Below, in pieces: positions 1 through 13,053 of a stretch of DNA of 64,000 bases (positions are counted from its first letter, which is position 1; the number at the start of each line of letters is the position of its first letter). Both the position numbers and the translations under genes were made by a program. The notes beneath the pieces are model-generated. The model had not been told where the DNA came from. It was given only the letters and a program-made list of their open reading frames with translations, and made no database searches. Origin of the DNA: Trichosphaerium sp. ATCC 40318 (Eukaryota; Protista; Tubulinea); assembly GCA_038496445.1 (NCBI GenBank), contig JALMLS010000289.1:62001-126000 (forward strand). Reading direction: 5' to 3'.

Positions 1-1211
1 GTTTCGTTTGTTGTATGCTTGTGTACCTTTTTCTTGACTTCAATACGACTTTTGCCCTGGGTTGAAGATATTTCTGCTCCGTTTGCAGATACAACACATT
101 TCCATCGCTTTATCAAGGTATAAGAACAATTGCAAGTCGAAACAAAAACGAATAGAAACTTTGTAAAATCAAAAACTTCAATGACCCTAACTAAGGCACT
201 CTATACGCACACCGTCACTCCCTGTGCATTTCAATTTCGGTTCACTACAATCTAAAACCTTTGTGCAATAATCGTTCAAGAAGGTAGTAGCATCACTAGA
301 CAGTGTTTAGCCCAAGGTTGTAAAGAAAGTCCTGTTGAATGCATTTCTTCAAAAAACAAAACAATTCTCAGTTGAGTGCTACCCAACCGCTTATCCTTTT
401 TGATGGTTTGATGGCTTACCTGCTGTCACAAGATAATATAGATGATATCAACACGAATCTATGAGGTATATCACGCCCAGCAGCGCGTAACAGAGATATC
501 GCCTTATCAGTCATTCTGTCAAAAATGTCATAATCTTCCCACCCTTTTCTGTGTTTTTCTTGCTTTGCGGCCAATACTTCTCGCTTTTGACGTTCTTCTA
601 CTTCGCTTGGATCCTCTTTCTTGGGTGCTATGCTTCCCAGACTCTTTACTGTCGTTTTTCTTCTTTTGAAAGGTCGTTTCACTGTTTTTGTTGGTTGTGA
701 CGCTGTTTCCGTGGTCGAGAACAGTGAGCTTGCCCAATCTTCGCTACAAAGTGGTGTCAAAGACAAAAGTAAAAGAAAACGCTGTAAAACGCCACGAATA
801 TGAAAGTTAACGCGTAGGTTTGCATTGTTTTCGCGTTTCTTAAATTTGGTTATGTTATTTTGAATTAAAACGCGCAACGTACATCTTATCGTCTGTAAAA
901 TTAGTATCGCGAGCTAATGCTTCCTCTGCACGTCTTTTCTTCCATCTAACTATTTAATTTCCATGCAATACGTTGTATAACGTACTTTCCCACGCCTTTC
1001 TGGTTTGCTAGAGTATAATGCTTTTTCTTGGCTGCTTCCCTTTGTCTAACACTATCTTTCCAGTGTTTACCCTGCATTATAGGTCTACAATTTGAACAGC
1101 AACGACAACCACAACGAACTTAATCGTGGGCACCTTTTTTGCTCCTAAGCCGCGAATTACTCGGTCAACAAACTTCGGACTTGCCCTTTTTCTCCGAGAT
1201 ACAAAGCCATT
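1..1211 (-). CDS. Multi-exon gene encoding a double-stranded RNA-binding domain (dsRBD) protein; runs off the window start, 5' end uncertain
   Basis: Joining the exon ending near 419 with exons 295-211 and 107-27 (GT..AG joins stay in frame) gives SDATTFLNDYCTKVLDCSEPKLKCTGSDGRWKCVVSANGAEISSTQGKSRIEVKKK, the alpha-beta-beta-beta-alpha dsRBD pattern. The upstream exon is Lys/Arg-rich. Confidence 0.6.
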
Positions 1212-1414
1212 TCGTTTGTGCACTTTGTTATTGTCCTTTGAGTGATTCGTAATTGCTTCTTGTTTAGAAAGCATGTCACAAAGAGAAAATGATACCGCGA
1301 TTAAATTATTAGCATGTTTAATGAATCTCTGCAAAACTACAAACAACCCTTTTGTAACACACATTTCGAATGTTCTTTTTTTTAAATACCACAGAGTACA
1401 CCTAACCAGCGGAG

Positions 1415-4400
1415 ATGAAACTACTACTGCTGTTATTCCTGGCTTTATTTGTTACAACGACGAAGAGTCAAAGTGTCATTGACAGTTTGGCTGTATTTCA
1501 GCCTGTTATACGCGCTGAAGGTACACTAGCTGGTACCACCATAGAAAATCAGAGTCCAGCGCCTGTACCGGATCCTTCATACTTGGGAAGTCGTCTTCTC
1601 TACGCGCGAGCAGATAATGCCAACCAAGGAGACGAAGTAGCTACCAGAGCACCAACAGGTGGCTTACAATGTAACGTTGGGTCTGGATCTAGTGGTATTT
1701 GCGAATGGCGTTATAGCTCTATTGCTAATGTAGACTTACTCGCAAATGGCTGTGGTACGCTTACTTTGTATTTGCGTAAAGGTCTAAGCGCTATTCAATA
1801 TTTATTTCACTTTAAACAACAAAATTCAAGTTTGTTTGCTTATAATTAATATCTACAGCCTATTTGTTTTTAATTTAAAACGCTTTCACACGTCTACCGC
1901 GAGAAACATATCGTATGCTAATCTTTTTTTTTTTTCTCTAAACAGGTTGCTTCGCACTGACAGAAGATGGTCCTGATCAAATTCATAGACTACAAGTCAC
2001 AACAACAAGCGGTGGCAATACAGCTGTTAGTACTTCTCCAGTTCTCCCTGCGCTCCCAGGAATGACGAGGCTTGTATGTCTGCCTTTAGAGGCTCCTTTC
2101 GCTGCTTATCAATCGGTGACCGATCTTGTTTTGCAAGCGGACGGTACTCTAATGGAGCAACTTGATGTAGATTTAACAGAGTTCTGCTGTATTCCGCCAA
2201 CGACTGCATGGCATACTATAGCCCCTGGACCATATGTTGCAGGTCCGTATCATTTTTTCGTGGAGGAAAAAAAAAATGTATTCCAAAACACAAAAAATCC
2301 ACGGGACAAAGCACGTGACGGCGTGTTTACATTTTTTTCTTTCGTTTTTTGGTGTTTGAGATACAAATTTCGGTCACGTTTTTTATCACGTGCGAAATAA
2401 TTTTGATATCGCGCGGGTAGCCATGAAAAGGGTTTTCTTTTTTGTTCCGGTTGTGAACTACAAAATACATTTCTGTTGATATTTTGTTGTTTTCAAAAAG
2501 AAATACCTTAAAATCTTCAAAACAAGATTTACTTTTGGCTTTCTAGCTACTTTTTTCTAATATTATGTAATTTAGGTTCTTGCACTGATTTTACTCTTAA
2601 TATCCGCGCCTATGTTCGTCTACCAGCTGCTAGCGAACAGTTCACATACTCTTACTCTTTGAACAACTTGGGTACTGTAACTGGTGGTTCTCTATCTTGC
2701 ACCAACGGTGTACGTCTTTTCAAAAAAAATCATTCATGACTTGTGGTATTTTGCCTTTTCAAGACTTTTTCTTCGACTTTTGTATTTTGGGTGAGAAAGG
2801 AAAATAACTTACGAAACTAGGTTTCTGGTAATATCGATGGAGGATCAGGATCCATAAGCGGAGGAGGTACCCTCGCTGATGGGGTTAGTAGCGTTTGTAC
2901 TTTTGAAGGTATTGAAAAAAAAAGATGGCATCATTGCCTGTTTCGGTACTTTTTCTCACTTAAAGTTAGTATGCTGGACTTCTGGTGGTATGGCTGACTT
3001 TACTGCAACTATCACTAGCTCTAGAATTGGTAACTCGTACTTCTCTAATGCTGATTCGGACCCGTGAGTTAAAAAAAAACCATGAAATGATATTTTCTTC
3101 GTTTTCTAACAAACGTACGTAGATTTACTGATCCAGATCCAATGAGGAAATGTCAACCTAATGCCCCTACAACTTTAACCGTGCAGCTTCCACCAACAAC
3201 TCTGGTACGTTAACTGAGAAACAAAAAAAAAAAGCCAAAAAAAAATATTTTCATGAGCGTGAGCCCGTAGTAGTAGGTGCAAGTAGTGGCTTTTTGCGTT
3301 ATTTTATAATAGCTTAGTTGTTTTCTAATGATTTTGAGGATACCTACAAATCATTTAAAACCATTTTCGTTCTTCCTTGAGTAAAGTCGAACCTTTTTTT
3401 CTTTCCTCTTTTGTAGATTAATTTTTTGAGCTCGTTTGAGTACAATGGCATGCTTGAGTGTTTTTACTTCAAGTATGTCAATTTTTGAGATTTGAAATTT
3501 GAGGACATTGAGTAGCTAGATGAGTATACTTTGGTCACGTGAACCTTACCCTGAGGAGTGACCAAAGTTGTAAACTTTTGAAATCATTTTACGAAAACCC
3601 TTTTTTCTGTCGTACGACGAAACGAATATCCAGATAGCAGCGAGAAATCATTGAGAACGTTTGAATGAGAACTTCCGTTCTCAATGAATAATTATAGGAG
3701 CGAACTTTAGTACTAATCTTAATACCATAATCGCAGCCTCCAACTACGCTACCACCAACCACTTTACCACCTACCACGGCACCACCAACTACGTTGCAAC
3801 CAACGTCTCTACCACCTACCACTGAACCACCTACCACTCAGCCTCCTACTACACTGCCTCCTACAACACTACCGCCTACTACACTACCGCCCACAACATT
3901 ACCTCCAACTACGCTGCCGCCAACCACTGAACCACCTACGCAGCCACCGACTACTGAACCGCCTACCACTGAACCACCTACTACGCAGCCACCTACTACT
4001 GAACCACCTACCACTGAACCGCCTACCACTGAACCACCTACTACGCAGCCACCAACTACTGAACCTCCAACAACTGAACCGCCAACCACTGAACCACCTA
4101 CCACACAGCCTCCAACAACAGAGCCACCTACTACTGAGCCGCCAACAACATTACCACCTACAACATTGCCACCAATCACTGAACCACCTACTACACAGCC
4201 ACCGACTACTGAACCACCTACCACTGAACCACCTACTACGCAGCCACCAACTACTGAACCTCCAACTACTGAACCTCCAACTACTGAACCACCTACCACG
4301 CAGCCACCGACAACAGAGCCTCCTACCACTGAGCCGCCAACAACTGAGGTATCCTATCTAACTATTTATCGACCTTGAGTACTTCCTTTTAAAGAAACCT

Positions 4401-5123
4401 CAGGAATCGTTTTTTTTATCACCTCTTTATCTCTAATTGCTATATAGCCTCCAACAACACTTCCACCAATAACTGCACCACCTACCACTCAACCACCAAC
4501 AACTGAGGTACGAATAAGATAGCACTATAGCCTCTATTTTATCTTTTTACGCGGTGCTTATTATTTGTAGCCTCCAACCACAGCTCCTCCAACGACTGAG
4601 CCTCCAACAACGGAGCCTCCAACCACTGAACCACCAACCACCGAGCCTCCAACAACCGAGCCTCCTACTACCGAGCCTCCAACGACAGCTCCACCAACAA
4701 CTGAACCACCTACAACTGAACCACCAACTACAATGCCTCCAACACCTGTACGTCTACGCTTCAATCAGTTCAAGTACTTACACCCAATAGCCACCGTTTG
4801 TATGTATCTTTGCGAGCATCCAAGATGGAGTCTGCATGTAAGCCGGAGTTTTTTCTTTTCAAACAAACTACGTCCATAAAGTTGTTAATTTTGTTATTAG
4901 GTGTAAATCATTCCAATGTCAATGCCAAGGCGACGGTATAGATCGTGTATGTGAGTGTCCAGCTGATGAATGGTATTGCTTCTTTGCCAACCCTCAAGAG
5001 CTCACTTCGAACGTTTTTGATGTGAACTACTGTGGATCAAATGGCGTCTTACAAAGATGTGTTTGTGATGTACAAGGAAACGTCATTTCTGGTCCTGAAA
5101 TCGTCGATCAGTCAGACTGGTAG
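1415..5123 (+). CDS. Secreted mucin-like protein: signal peptide, Cys-containing N-terminal region, PPTT(E/Q/L) repeat stalk, Cys-rich C-terminal domain (multi-exon)
   Basis: MKLLLLLFLALFVTTTKS signal peptide at ATG 1415; pentapeptide repeat exons; C-terminal CKSFQCQCQGDGIDRVCECP...VDQSDW-TAG ending 5123; no TM segment seen. Confidence 0.8.
3737..4747 (+). repeat. Coding 15-bp tandem repeat (PPTTx pentapeptide, about 55 units) spread over three exons
   Basis: Units such as CCACCTACCACTGAA repeated with synonymous variation; exons 3737-4348, 4448-4507 and 4571-4747. Confidence 0.95.
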
Positions 5124-5542
5124 GAACAAAAGAATAGAGGGGTGTTTCTACAACTTTTATATTTTATCCTCTTTCCTATCAAATGTAGTGTAACAAACAA
5201 ACAAATGCTTAAATCATAAAAGCAGCCGAAAAGCATAAAAAACAGACTGCTAAATAATAACTTACTTTTTCATTCTACCAAAAAACAAAGCAATTAGTTA
5301 CCTTCTTAGTACATAAGACGTTCTAGTACAATTTCGTCTACAGCTCGACGTTGTTATTTGACAAGCACTGAGTAAGTAGGTATCACGCACGTGTTGTACA
5401 AGTCGCGAGTAGCTGAATCATTTTGTGACACTTTTTACCCCTTTTTGCTACCGACCAATATTTGACAATGTCAACGAAAGTAAGTCAAAAAAAAAAAACC
5501 ACAAAAAACCGTTTAATACAAGTTAACACTTTACCAACCACA

Positions 5543-8335
5543 ATGAGCGATGAAGCAAAAGAAGTTGATGTACCTGAAAGTAAAGAAGAAGGTAACAAAG
5601 AAGAACTAAGCTCAAAGAAGGCAAAAAGAAAGAAGTCTGTAAGTAAAAGACGCCACACAAAATCAAAACGTTCTGAAGCCGAAAAAAACGTCGAAGAGGT
5701 GCCGCTAGAGCTTCCTAAAACAACAACAAAACTAGACCCGGTTAAACTAGCTGATTGCTCTTGTGAACGCGTAAGATGCCTTGTATTAACGCTCTCAACG
5801 CTTATTGTTTAACAAATAGGTAACTGTTTTTGAAACACAAGCAGAAGTGACACGTTGCGTGGAACTAGAGCTTGTAGAAGGTACGGACACCTTTTTTACT
5901 TGAAAAACACAACGTTTTTTTTTTTGGTTCGCAAAACCGATCAGCGTTAAGATACACTAAATCGTTTTGATTGAGCTTCTGTACGTGTTTGTCAACAACT
6001 AAGCGTATTTCTGTTAGGTCTTAACGAAATTCCATTGGTTGACTTCCCAGCAACTGTAGATGGTGATTCCGTTCGCGTATCTGGAGGAGAAGGACATGCT
6101 GTATTGTTAGAGGTACATAAAACAACTTCAAAAGGCTACGTTGTTGACGTTTCGCTAACAGAAGTTATAGGTTTCTTTTAACGAAAAACAACAATCGATG
6201 AAAGAAATCGATGAAGCAACTAAACCGTATGTGATATAGAACGGTGACTTTGATACTCACATGTCAATAGAGAACTCACTAAGCTACATAAAGACCGTCA
6301 AGAGGCACTTGAGGCTCTCAAGAGAGTAGAGGTACAAGACAAGAAAGTTTAAAGAAAAAAATGAGTTAATATTAATGGTCACTTAGAAACGTCGTGATTG
6401 GTTGCTAGGATGGGGTGAGAGTATGAGATCAAAGCGTCAAGATCAGTCATGTGTTGATATGATTACTGATGATGCTATAAGTTCAGCATCTACTTTTCTT
6501 GACCATTTCAATAAACAGCTTGAAGAAAACGATGCTCTATTAGAGAAATGTGAAGATAATATAGCAAGTACGATCAAGATTTTTATTTTAATGATATCTA
6601 CTTGTATAAGTGGGTATTGTTTATTTAGTGCTTGTAATTCGCAAACAAACAACCGCAAACAAGCACTCTACATCAAAAAGATTTTCTTTTTTTTTGAAAA
6701 AACTCCAAACCCAACTTTCTGCTTCTTTCACTGACTTGTTGTTACAAGGTATAAAGCGTGAGATTAATCACCTCGTATTAAAAAAGAGCAAGCTTGTAGG
6801 AGAATCTAAGTCACGTACAGTCGAAGTATTGATGCTTGCTAAAAAAGCAACAAAGGTACGTACCAAATATTGGTTTTTTTTTGGCTTAGTACTTTTATCT
6901 AGATTCGATTGATGCTCTCATACGTCGTTTCAGCTGCTGGTTGGAGAGCTGGTTACTCTGTTCATGTAGACAGTACTAAGAGGTTGGTTGAATTAACATA
7001 CTATGGGTATGTAAAGAACTTCACTGGAGAGGATTGGAACAAAGTACGAACAAAATATAAACTACAAAACAAAAAAAAAGTATTTACTTTGAATTATAGA
7101 CTACACTCTCACTTTCAACTGCAAAACCTTCAGCTAGTGGTCATCCCCCAGAGCTCACTTGTAAATTTTTAAGGCTACAACAACGGACTCAGTTCAAGAG
7201 CAAGTCAATCAGCCGTGGCTTTGGGATGGCCGCCAAAAGTTTGGACGCAGGACCCGTGCACAACGAAATGTCTCTTCAAACAGCTGTAGCAGAGAAGGCA
7301 ATGACATCAGTTGCTTTTAAAGTACAGAGATTGGTCACAATTAAGACACAGCCACGTGATCTAAGTAAAGAAGTACAGGTAAGTCGGTTGCACCTCACAT
7401 AAAACTACACTAGCTGATTTTTTTTTCTAGTTGCCAATAGATGTATCAGAGTTCGACGCTGAGTTCTCTTGGAGTTGTGTACCATCACTTGTTGAGAAAG
7501 CTTATCTTCAAGCTACTGTTAAGAATACAAAGGAGGGTCTTCATCTACTAGAAGGTAGTTGTAGCGTGTTCCTCGACAATAACTTTGTTACAAGATGTGA
7601 TATTCCAAAAGTAGTTTCAGGTAATACTTAACTGATTAAAAATATTTTACTCACGCTCCCATGTAGGAGAGAGTTTCGATCTTGCCTTGGGCGTTGATGA
7701 GTCTATAAAGGTTACACATGTACCAGAACGCGAGATGGCAACAACAAGTGGAGTTATAAGCAAGAAAAACATTAAGGTACTTAGAATAAGTTGTTTGTCT
7801 TTAAACAACTCAAAAACCTGTGCAAGCCTGACGTTCTCACCTTGTCCTTAGACCATTGAACAAGTCATAAAGATTGAAAACCACAAGCTTACACCAATTA
7901 CAATATCTGTATTGATGCAAGTACCAAAAAGCTCATCAGGAAACTTGAAAATTATGTCTGTGAATCCTAAGAAAGAAGTAAGTGTGAACTCAAAAAAAAA
8001 AGTGGATTAGTATTGTCAGTTTAACAAAAATTAGGACGTTATTGATATGCAGGAAAAAGATATTGCTGAAGACGCTAAGAACTTGTCACCAGGGTATTAC
8101 TTACAACGCAATGGTAATTTGAGATGGATAAAGAAATTAAACTCAGGTTAGTCTTTCGAACTTTTTTTCAAAAAACAAATTAAATTACAACATCATGACT
8201 TTTTATTTGCATTGTTTCAGTTTTATTGTTGCTTCAATGACCAGAGTTTGCTTACTAATTATTGCACTAGCTAAAAAAACAGAACAGAAGCTGATTTACA
8301 CGCTCGAGTACCCAAAAGGTTACGTTGTTAGTTAA
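5543..8335 (+). CDS. DUF4140 + DUF4139 domain protein (F37C4.5 / mucoidy inhibitor MuiA-like), about 14 exons
   Basis: VTVFETQAEVTR...VDGDSVRVSG (DUF4140 N-terminus); LSYVVSAAGWRAGY...VKNFTGEDW...LSTAKP and AYLQATVKN...LLEGSCSVFLDNNFV...LALGVDE (DUF4139); TAA at 8333-8335. Confidence 0.85.
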
Positions 8336-8688
8336 ACAGCTATCAAAAAAAAGAAGAACTTGTTAGTAGCTTTTGCAGCATTACACTCACGTGATCACTT
8401 GTAGTTTTTAAATAAATACAACGTACAATAACTCCCTATTCTTTTGGTACCTATGAAGCTAAGAAACCATAGATTCTCTCTAGCTACCCTCTCCAGCATT
8501 CACTTCTACAACTTCAGAAAATTTTAAGAATTATTTTTGTTACCAACGAGTGATCTTTTTACGGCTTTTAATTTTTTTTACGTACAAACCATATTACGTT
8601 TTTTTTTATTATTTTGATCTTTAAAGTCTAGTTGTGTTCTTGTGTTTTGCATAGTCTTTGTTTGTCTTGATTTTTTTTTTGTCGGTCC

Positions 8689-9471
8689 TTATTGGGTCTT
8701 TTTGATGTCTTTTGGCTCTCTCTTCTTCATGTATTGTTGAATAAAGAAGTTGAGGAAGAGAACCAAGTAAGTGATATACCAAAACATCTCGTAAAGTAAA
8801 ATCTCCTTTGGTTCATCACAAGGCCAGTTACCGTAAACGTATCCGTTAATAGCATGTTGTATACTATAATAGAGTACAAGGACGAATTGAATGATCTGTG
8901 ACGATGTCATGAGTGAGCGTATTGATCTCAAGCCTCTTGGGTTGTAGTAGTAGAGGTACATGAAGAAATGAACGAGAAGGTTTAGAGCAAATGGTAAAAA
9001 GTCAAAAGCTACTCCTCCAAAGAATACTACGCCTACTACTGATAGCGTAGAGGTGTGATGAATCTGGTGGAGCCAGATGACTTTCTTTTTACCTGCGATG
9101 AGCAAAACGGTGTCTACCATCTCCCATAGTTTAGATAGATAGAAAAGGTAAAAGAGGAATGCGTAGAGCTCTGATCGGGGCGGGTTGCAGTGAAACGCGT
9201 CGTGTGAGTCAAATCGGCCGTCTTGGTAGGAAACATACGTTACGTATACTGTTCCAATACCAGAGAAGGCAGCTAGAGCCAAGTTGTGGATTTTTTGTAT
9301 TGGTCTGAGCAAATCGCTTGAGAATGCCTTGCGGTTCTTCATGTACGCACTGAAAGTGAAACACATGAGATTGTACGCGATTGCATGAAAAATCATAAAT
9401 TCGACTGAAACCAGTGGATACGCTTGAATAGCGCGCATGTGGTCAACGGTATCTGTTGTAGCGTTTGACAT
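8689..9471 (-). CDS. Fatty acid elongase, ELO/GNS1/SUR4 family; intronless
   Basis: FYLSKLWEMVDT, LHQIHH histidine box, NLLVHFFMYLYY, TSSQIIQF, LFLNFF; C-terminal KKTQ ER-retrieval-like motif. Confidence 0.95.
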   Translation of the reverse strand: MSNATTDTVDHMRAIQAYPLVSVEFMIFHAIAYNLMCFTFSAYMKNRKAFSSDLLRPIQKIHNLALAAFSGIGTVYVTYVSYQDGRFDSHDAFHCNPPRSELYAFLFYLFYLSKLWEMVDTVLLIAGKKKVIWLHQIHHTSTLSVVGVVFFGGVAFDFLPFALNLLVHFFMYLYYYNPRGLRSIRSLMTSSQIIQFVLVLYYSIQHAINGYVYGNWPCDEPKEILLYEMFWYITYLVLFLNFFIQQYMKKREPKDIKKTQ

Positions 9472-10060
9472 GGTTTTGCTATTATCGGAGTGAGAAATAG
9501 AAAATGTGGTAAAAACTTTTGCGAAAAGACGGTGAATACGCCCAAACGTTACTTGCTAAAGGGAACGTACTGTTTTCAATCGATTTTGAGGTTAATTTAG
9601 TGTCTGGTTGAGTACTATCACAATATCTTGGGTGCTCGAGTTGCTTGACTGTAGTTTGTAGTATAAACTATGAGTGAAGAGACTGCGCTACTCTAAATAA
9701 AGAAAAACAACAATGAAGAAACATAATGGTCAAACAAAAGCAACGGCACGCTCAATCACGATTAAAGTACTCAACAAGTTATTTTTGTATTAGGATAGCT
9801 CGTTTTAAATGTAAAACAGTACGCTAGAAAAAAGCGGCGTTATTTGTGATTTTCCCGCTGTTATGGCTATGAACAGCGTAACAAGTAGATTGTTAAGCGA
9901 AAAACGCTTTTGGTTAATTACAAAAAGCAAGAAAAATAAGCCGAAACTTTACCTTTTTTTCTTACTAACGCAACCCACTATCTCGCACTGTTTACGAGTT
10001 AGCAAAATTGCTAACGGCCGGTGACTTACTTTGTAATGTATTACCAAGTCAATATTTGGA

Positions 10061-11471
10061 ATGTGGGCTTGCGCAATACATGGTGGTGCTGGTACAATCG
10101 CTAAGTCTTCTTCAAAGAAGTTCATAGCTGAGTATGAGTATGTTTATAGCTGCTTTCGACGTAAAAAATCGTGCTAATGAGTGTCGACAGAAAGGCGCTT
10201 ACACAAGCCCTAACAGAGTGTAAGAACGCTCTAGAGCGAGGCGAATCGGTATTTAGGCTAATTGTATCTGTCAAATGTCCTAAATTCTTGTCAATAGGCT
10301 ACAGATGCAGTTTCAAAGGCTGTTATCTATATGGAGGATTCGCCTTTGTTTAATGCAGGAAAAGGTACAAACACACGCTCTATACCTCTACAACAGCGCA
10401 AATGTCATTATTATTATTTGCGGTTAAAGCACAATAAGCACTTTAGTAAAGTACGATTGTTTTCACAACCTCACGACGCTGTAGGTGCAGTAATGACTGA
10501 AAAGGGCGAGTTTGCTTTAGAAGCATCGCTTATGTCATCGAAAGAAGGCTGTGGCGCAGTTACAGGCGTAAAAACAGTTAAAAACCCTATTGTACTGGCC
10601 AGGGTTGTAATGGATAAGACACCTCACAGATTCATCGCTTTTGAAGGCGCTGAAGAGCTTGCTAGTGTTCATAACGTCGAAAGAGTAGAAAACCCAAAAG
10701 GTACTTCAGCTGTTTTTTGTCGTTTGACTGATTTACGTTTTTTAGAGTACTATTGGACACAACGACGCCAGAAGCAGCTTGAACGCGCGTTGAAGCGCAA
10801 AGTTGTAACACTTTCAGAGGATTTACCACAAACAAACGCCTCAACCACTGGAGATGAAGCTCCAGCAACTGAGACTGTTGGCGCAGTTGCTATTGACATT
10901 AACGGATGTTTAGCTTCAGCAACAAGCACTGGAGGTACTCCCAAAAAACCGGTTTTTTTAAGATTCACTTTCTGATGTTTTACGAAGGCATGTCGGCAAA
11001 GATGACAGGTCGTGTCGGTGATACGCCAATAATTGGATCTGGTACATATGCTAACGACACTGTTGCTGTATCTGGCACTGGAAGAGGCGAACAGTTTATA
11101 AAGTACTACAACTTTTTTTTGTTTTTTCTTTGTCATGTGTTTTTTTTTTAACGATACACCAGACATGTTATTGCTTATCAAGTTGCTGCACGCATGGAAT
11201 TCGGCGGTAAGAACCTTGAAACAGCTGCTCAAGAGACAGTCGATGTCCTAGAAATAGGTGATGGCGGTTTGATTTCAGTTGACAAAGAAGGCAACATTGC
11301 AATGCCATACAACAGTAGTGTACGCAATTTTTTTTATGGTATTTTGTGAAACGAAGTTTGTTGAGTTTGCGTTATTTCTATTTTTTCTAGTTTGCTTATA
11401 ATCCATAGGGTATGTTCCGTGGGTGTGCCAACTCGAAAGGGAGGTTTGAAGTTGCTATTTGGGAGAAATAA
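10061..11471 (+). CDS. Isoaspartyl peptidase / L-asparaginase (plant-type Ntn hydrolase, ASRGL1/IaaA family), multi-exon
   Basis: [27 protein letters not shown], autocleavage nucleophile [34 protein letters not shown]. Confidence 0.93.
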
Positions 11472-12102
11472 ACAACGGAACTCAAACCAACCGATTTTTC
11501 AAATAACGGATTACGTTAATCTTTTTATTGAAGACAATTTGCATTTTTTTTGCTTGTTTGGGCTGCACACTTTTATTTTAGTCAGGCGATGCCGTTAGAA
11601 TTTTTAAATAACCCCCGACGCCATTTCTACGCGTAGAATAACGTTAGGATGCATAAATAGCGTAGTTTGAAGCGATTTTATTTGTATTTTTGTATGCCCG
11701 ATTTAGAAGGATTACAATGCTATATTGCATGCGCTGTACGTGTAAATACTTATTGAGCTAAACTCAGAAGAAGTAGAATTCTACAAAAAAAGTTAACGGG
11801 TTCTCGAAATTTCGGAGTCTTTACCTCGGTTATGATTTTCTCTGACTGGAATTCACCGCCAGTATTTATCAACAGCCCTCTTTATACCATCAGCTCTTCA
11901 ACCTTGAAGTATTTATTGTAAATACTATCTTCTCAGGACCTTGAAGTAACAAATTGTGTAAATAACGAGACGTTATTAGATTTAACAGAAAAACAAAAAA
12001 AACTAGAACACATTTCGTTCACGTGTTTGTTTCTAAACTTCACATTCCCAAACAACTTAAGCAACACGTCATACCTCAACACAAAACAAAAAAGTAACAA
12101 CA

Positions 12103-13053
12103 ATGAAACTAAGCTTTGACTTGGAGAAAGAATTTGGATTCTACGGCGCTTATCATAACAATGTTTGGTACGTTACCAAAAAAGACTAAAAAGTGTCTAC
12201 AGCTCCATTTGTTAATTTTTTTTAGGAATATTCTCACGCATATTGTATGCGTACCAGCTATACTATGGAGCGCTATGTTACTCACCACATATTTGTCGGG
12301 CAGTCTTACACTCTTTTATATACCAGAAATACCAGGCACGTGCGCAATTAACCCAGGACAAGACGTTGTTAGATTTTTTCTGTTTGTTTCTTGGGAAAGT
12401 CTGAAGTACCACTAAAACTTTCTCAGGTGTTTTCCAAGCGTTCCCTATAAATGGAGCAGCTATAATAGCGCTTGTTTATGGGCTGTACTACATATCTCTG
12501 GAAACTTTCGCTGGGGTAAGGAAAAAATACAAAACACGTGTTGCCGAAAGCTGTTCACTGACGCTTTAAACAGTTAACAATGTCTGGATTATTATTCGCT
12601 CAAACTTTGGGTGTGAACGCCTTTATGGTACTATAAAAAGGCGTAATACATAACATCTAATAAACACCTAGGCTACTGTACCTGAGTACGCTTTAGTGAC
12701 AGGTATAGTTATTCAAGTGATTGGATGGGCTGCACAAGTTCTTTCGCATCTTTTTTTTGAAGGTACCTCCATCGGGTTTTTTATTGCTCCTAAGTTTCTT
12801 ACTTCGTATAGGTCGAGCACCAGCGTTACTAGATTCTTTTGGACAATCACTTATGCTCGCTCCTTTATTTGTATGGTACGGTTGTGATAAATTGTCAGTT
12901 GTCTTGGTGGTGTTAACACAAAATAGGATGGAGGTTTTGTTTTTCTTTGGTTACAAGAAGGAGTTGCATAAGAAAATACAGGCCACAATAGACAAAAATA
13001 TTCAAGCAAACAGACTGAAGAAGAGCGAGATTGTAGCGAATAAACAGAGCTAA
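12103..13053 (+). CDS. Mpo1-like / DUF962 ER membrane protein (2-hydroxy fatty acid dioxygenase family)
   Basis: FYGAYHNNVWNILTHIVCVP, GWAAQVLSHLFFEGRAPALLD and APLFVWMEVLF match the Mpo1/YGL010W family. Confidence 0.88.

Noticed and set aside
3838-4764. Minus-strand VVGGS-repeat ORFs
   Set aside because: Antisense shadows of the PPTT repeat; the splice signals and signal peptide support the plus strand.
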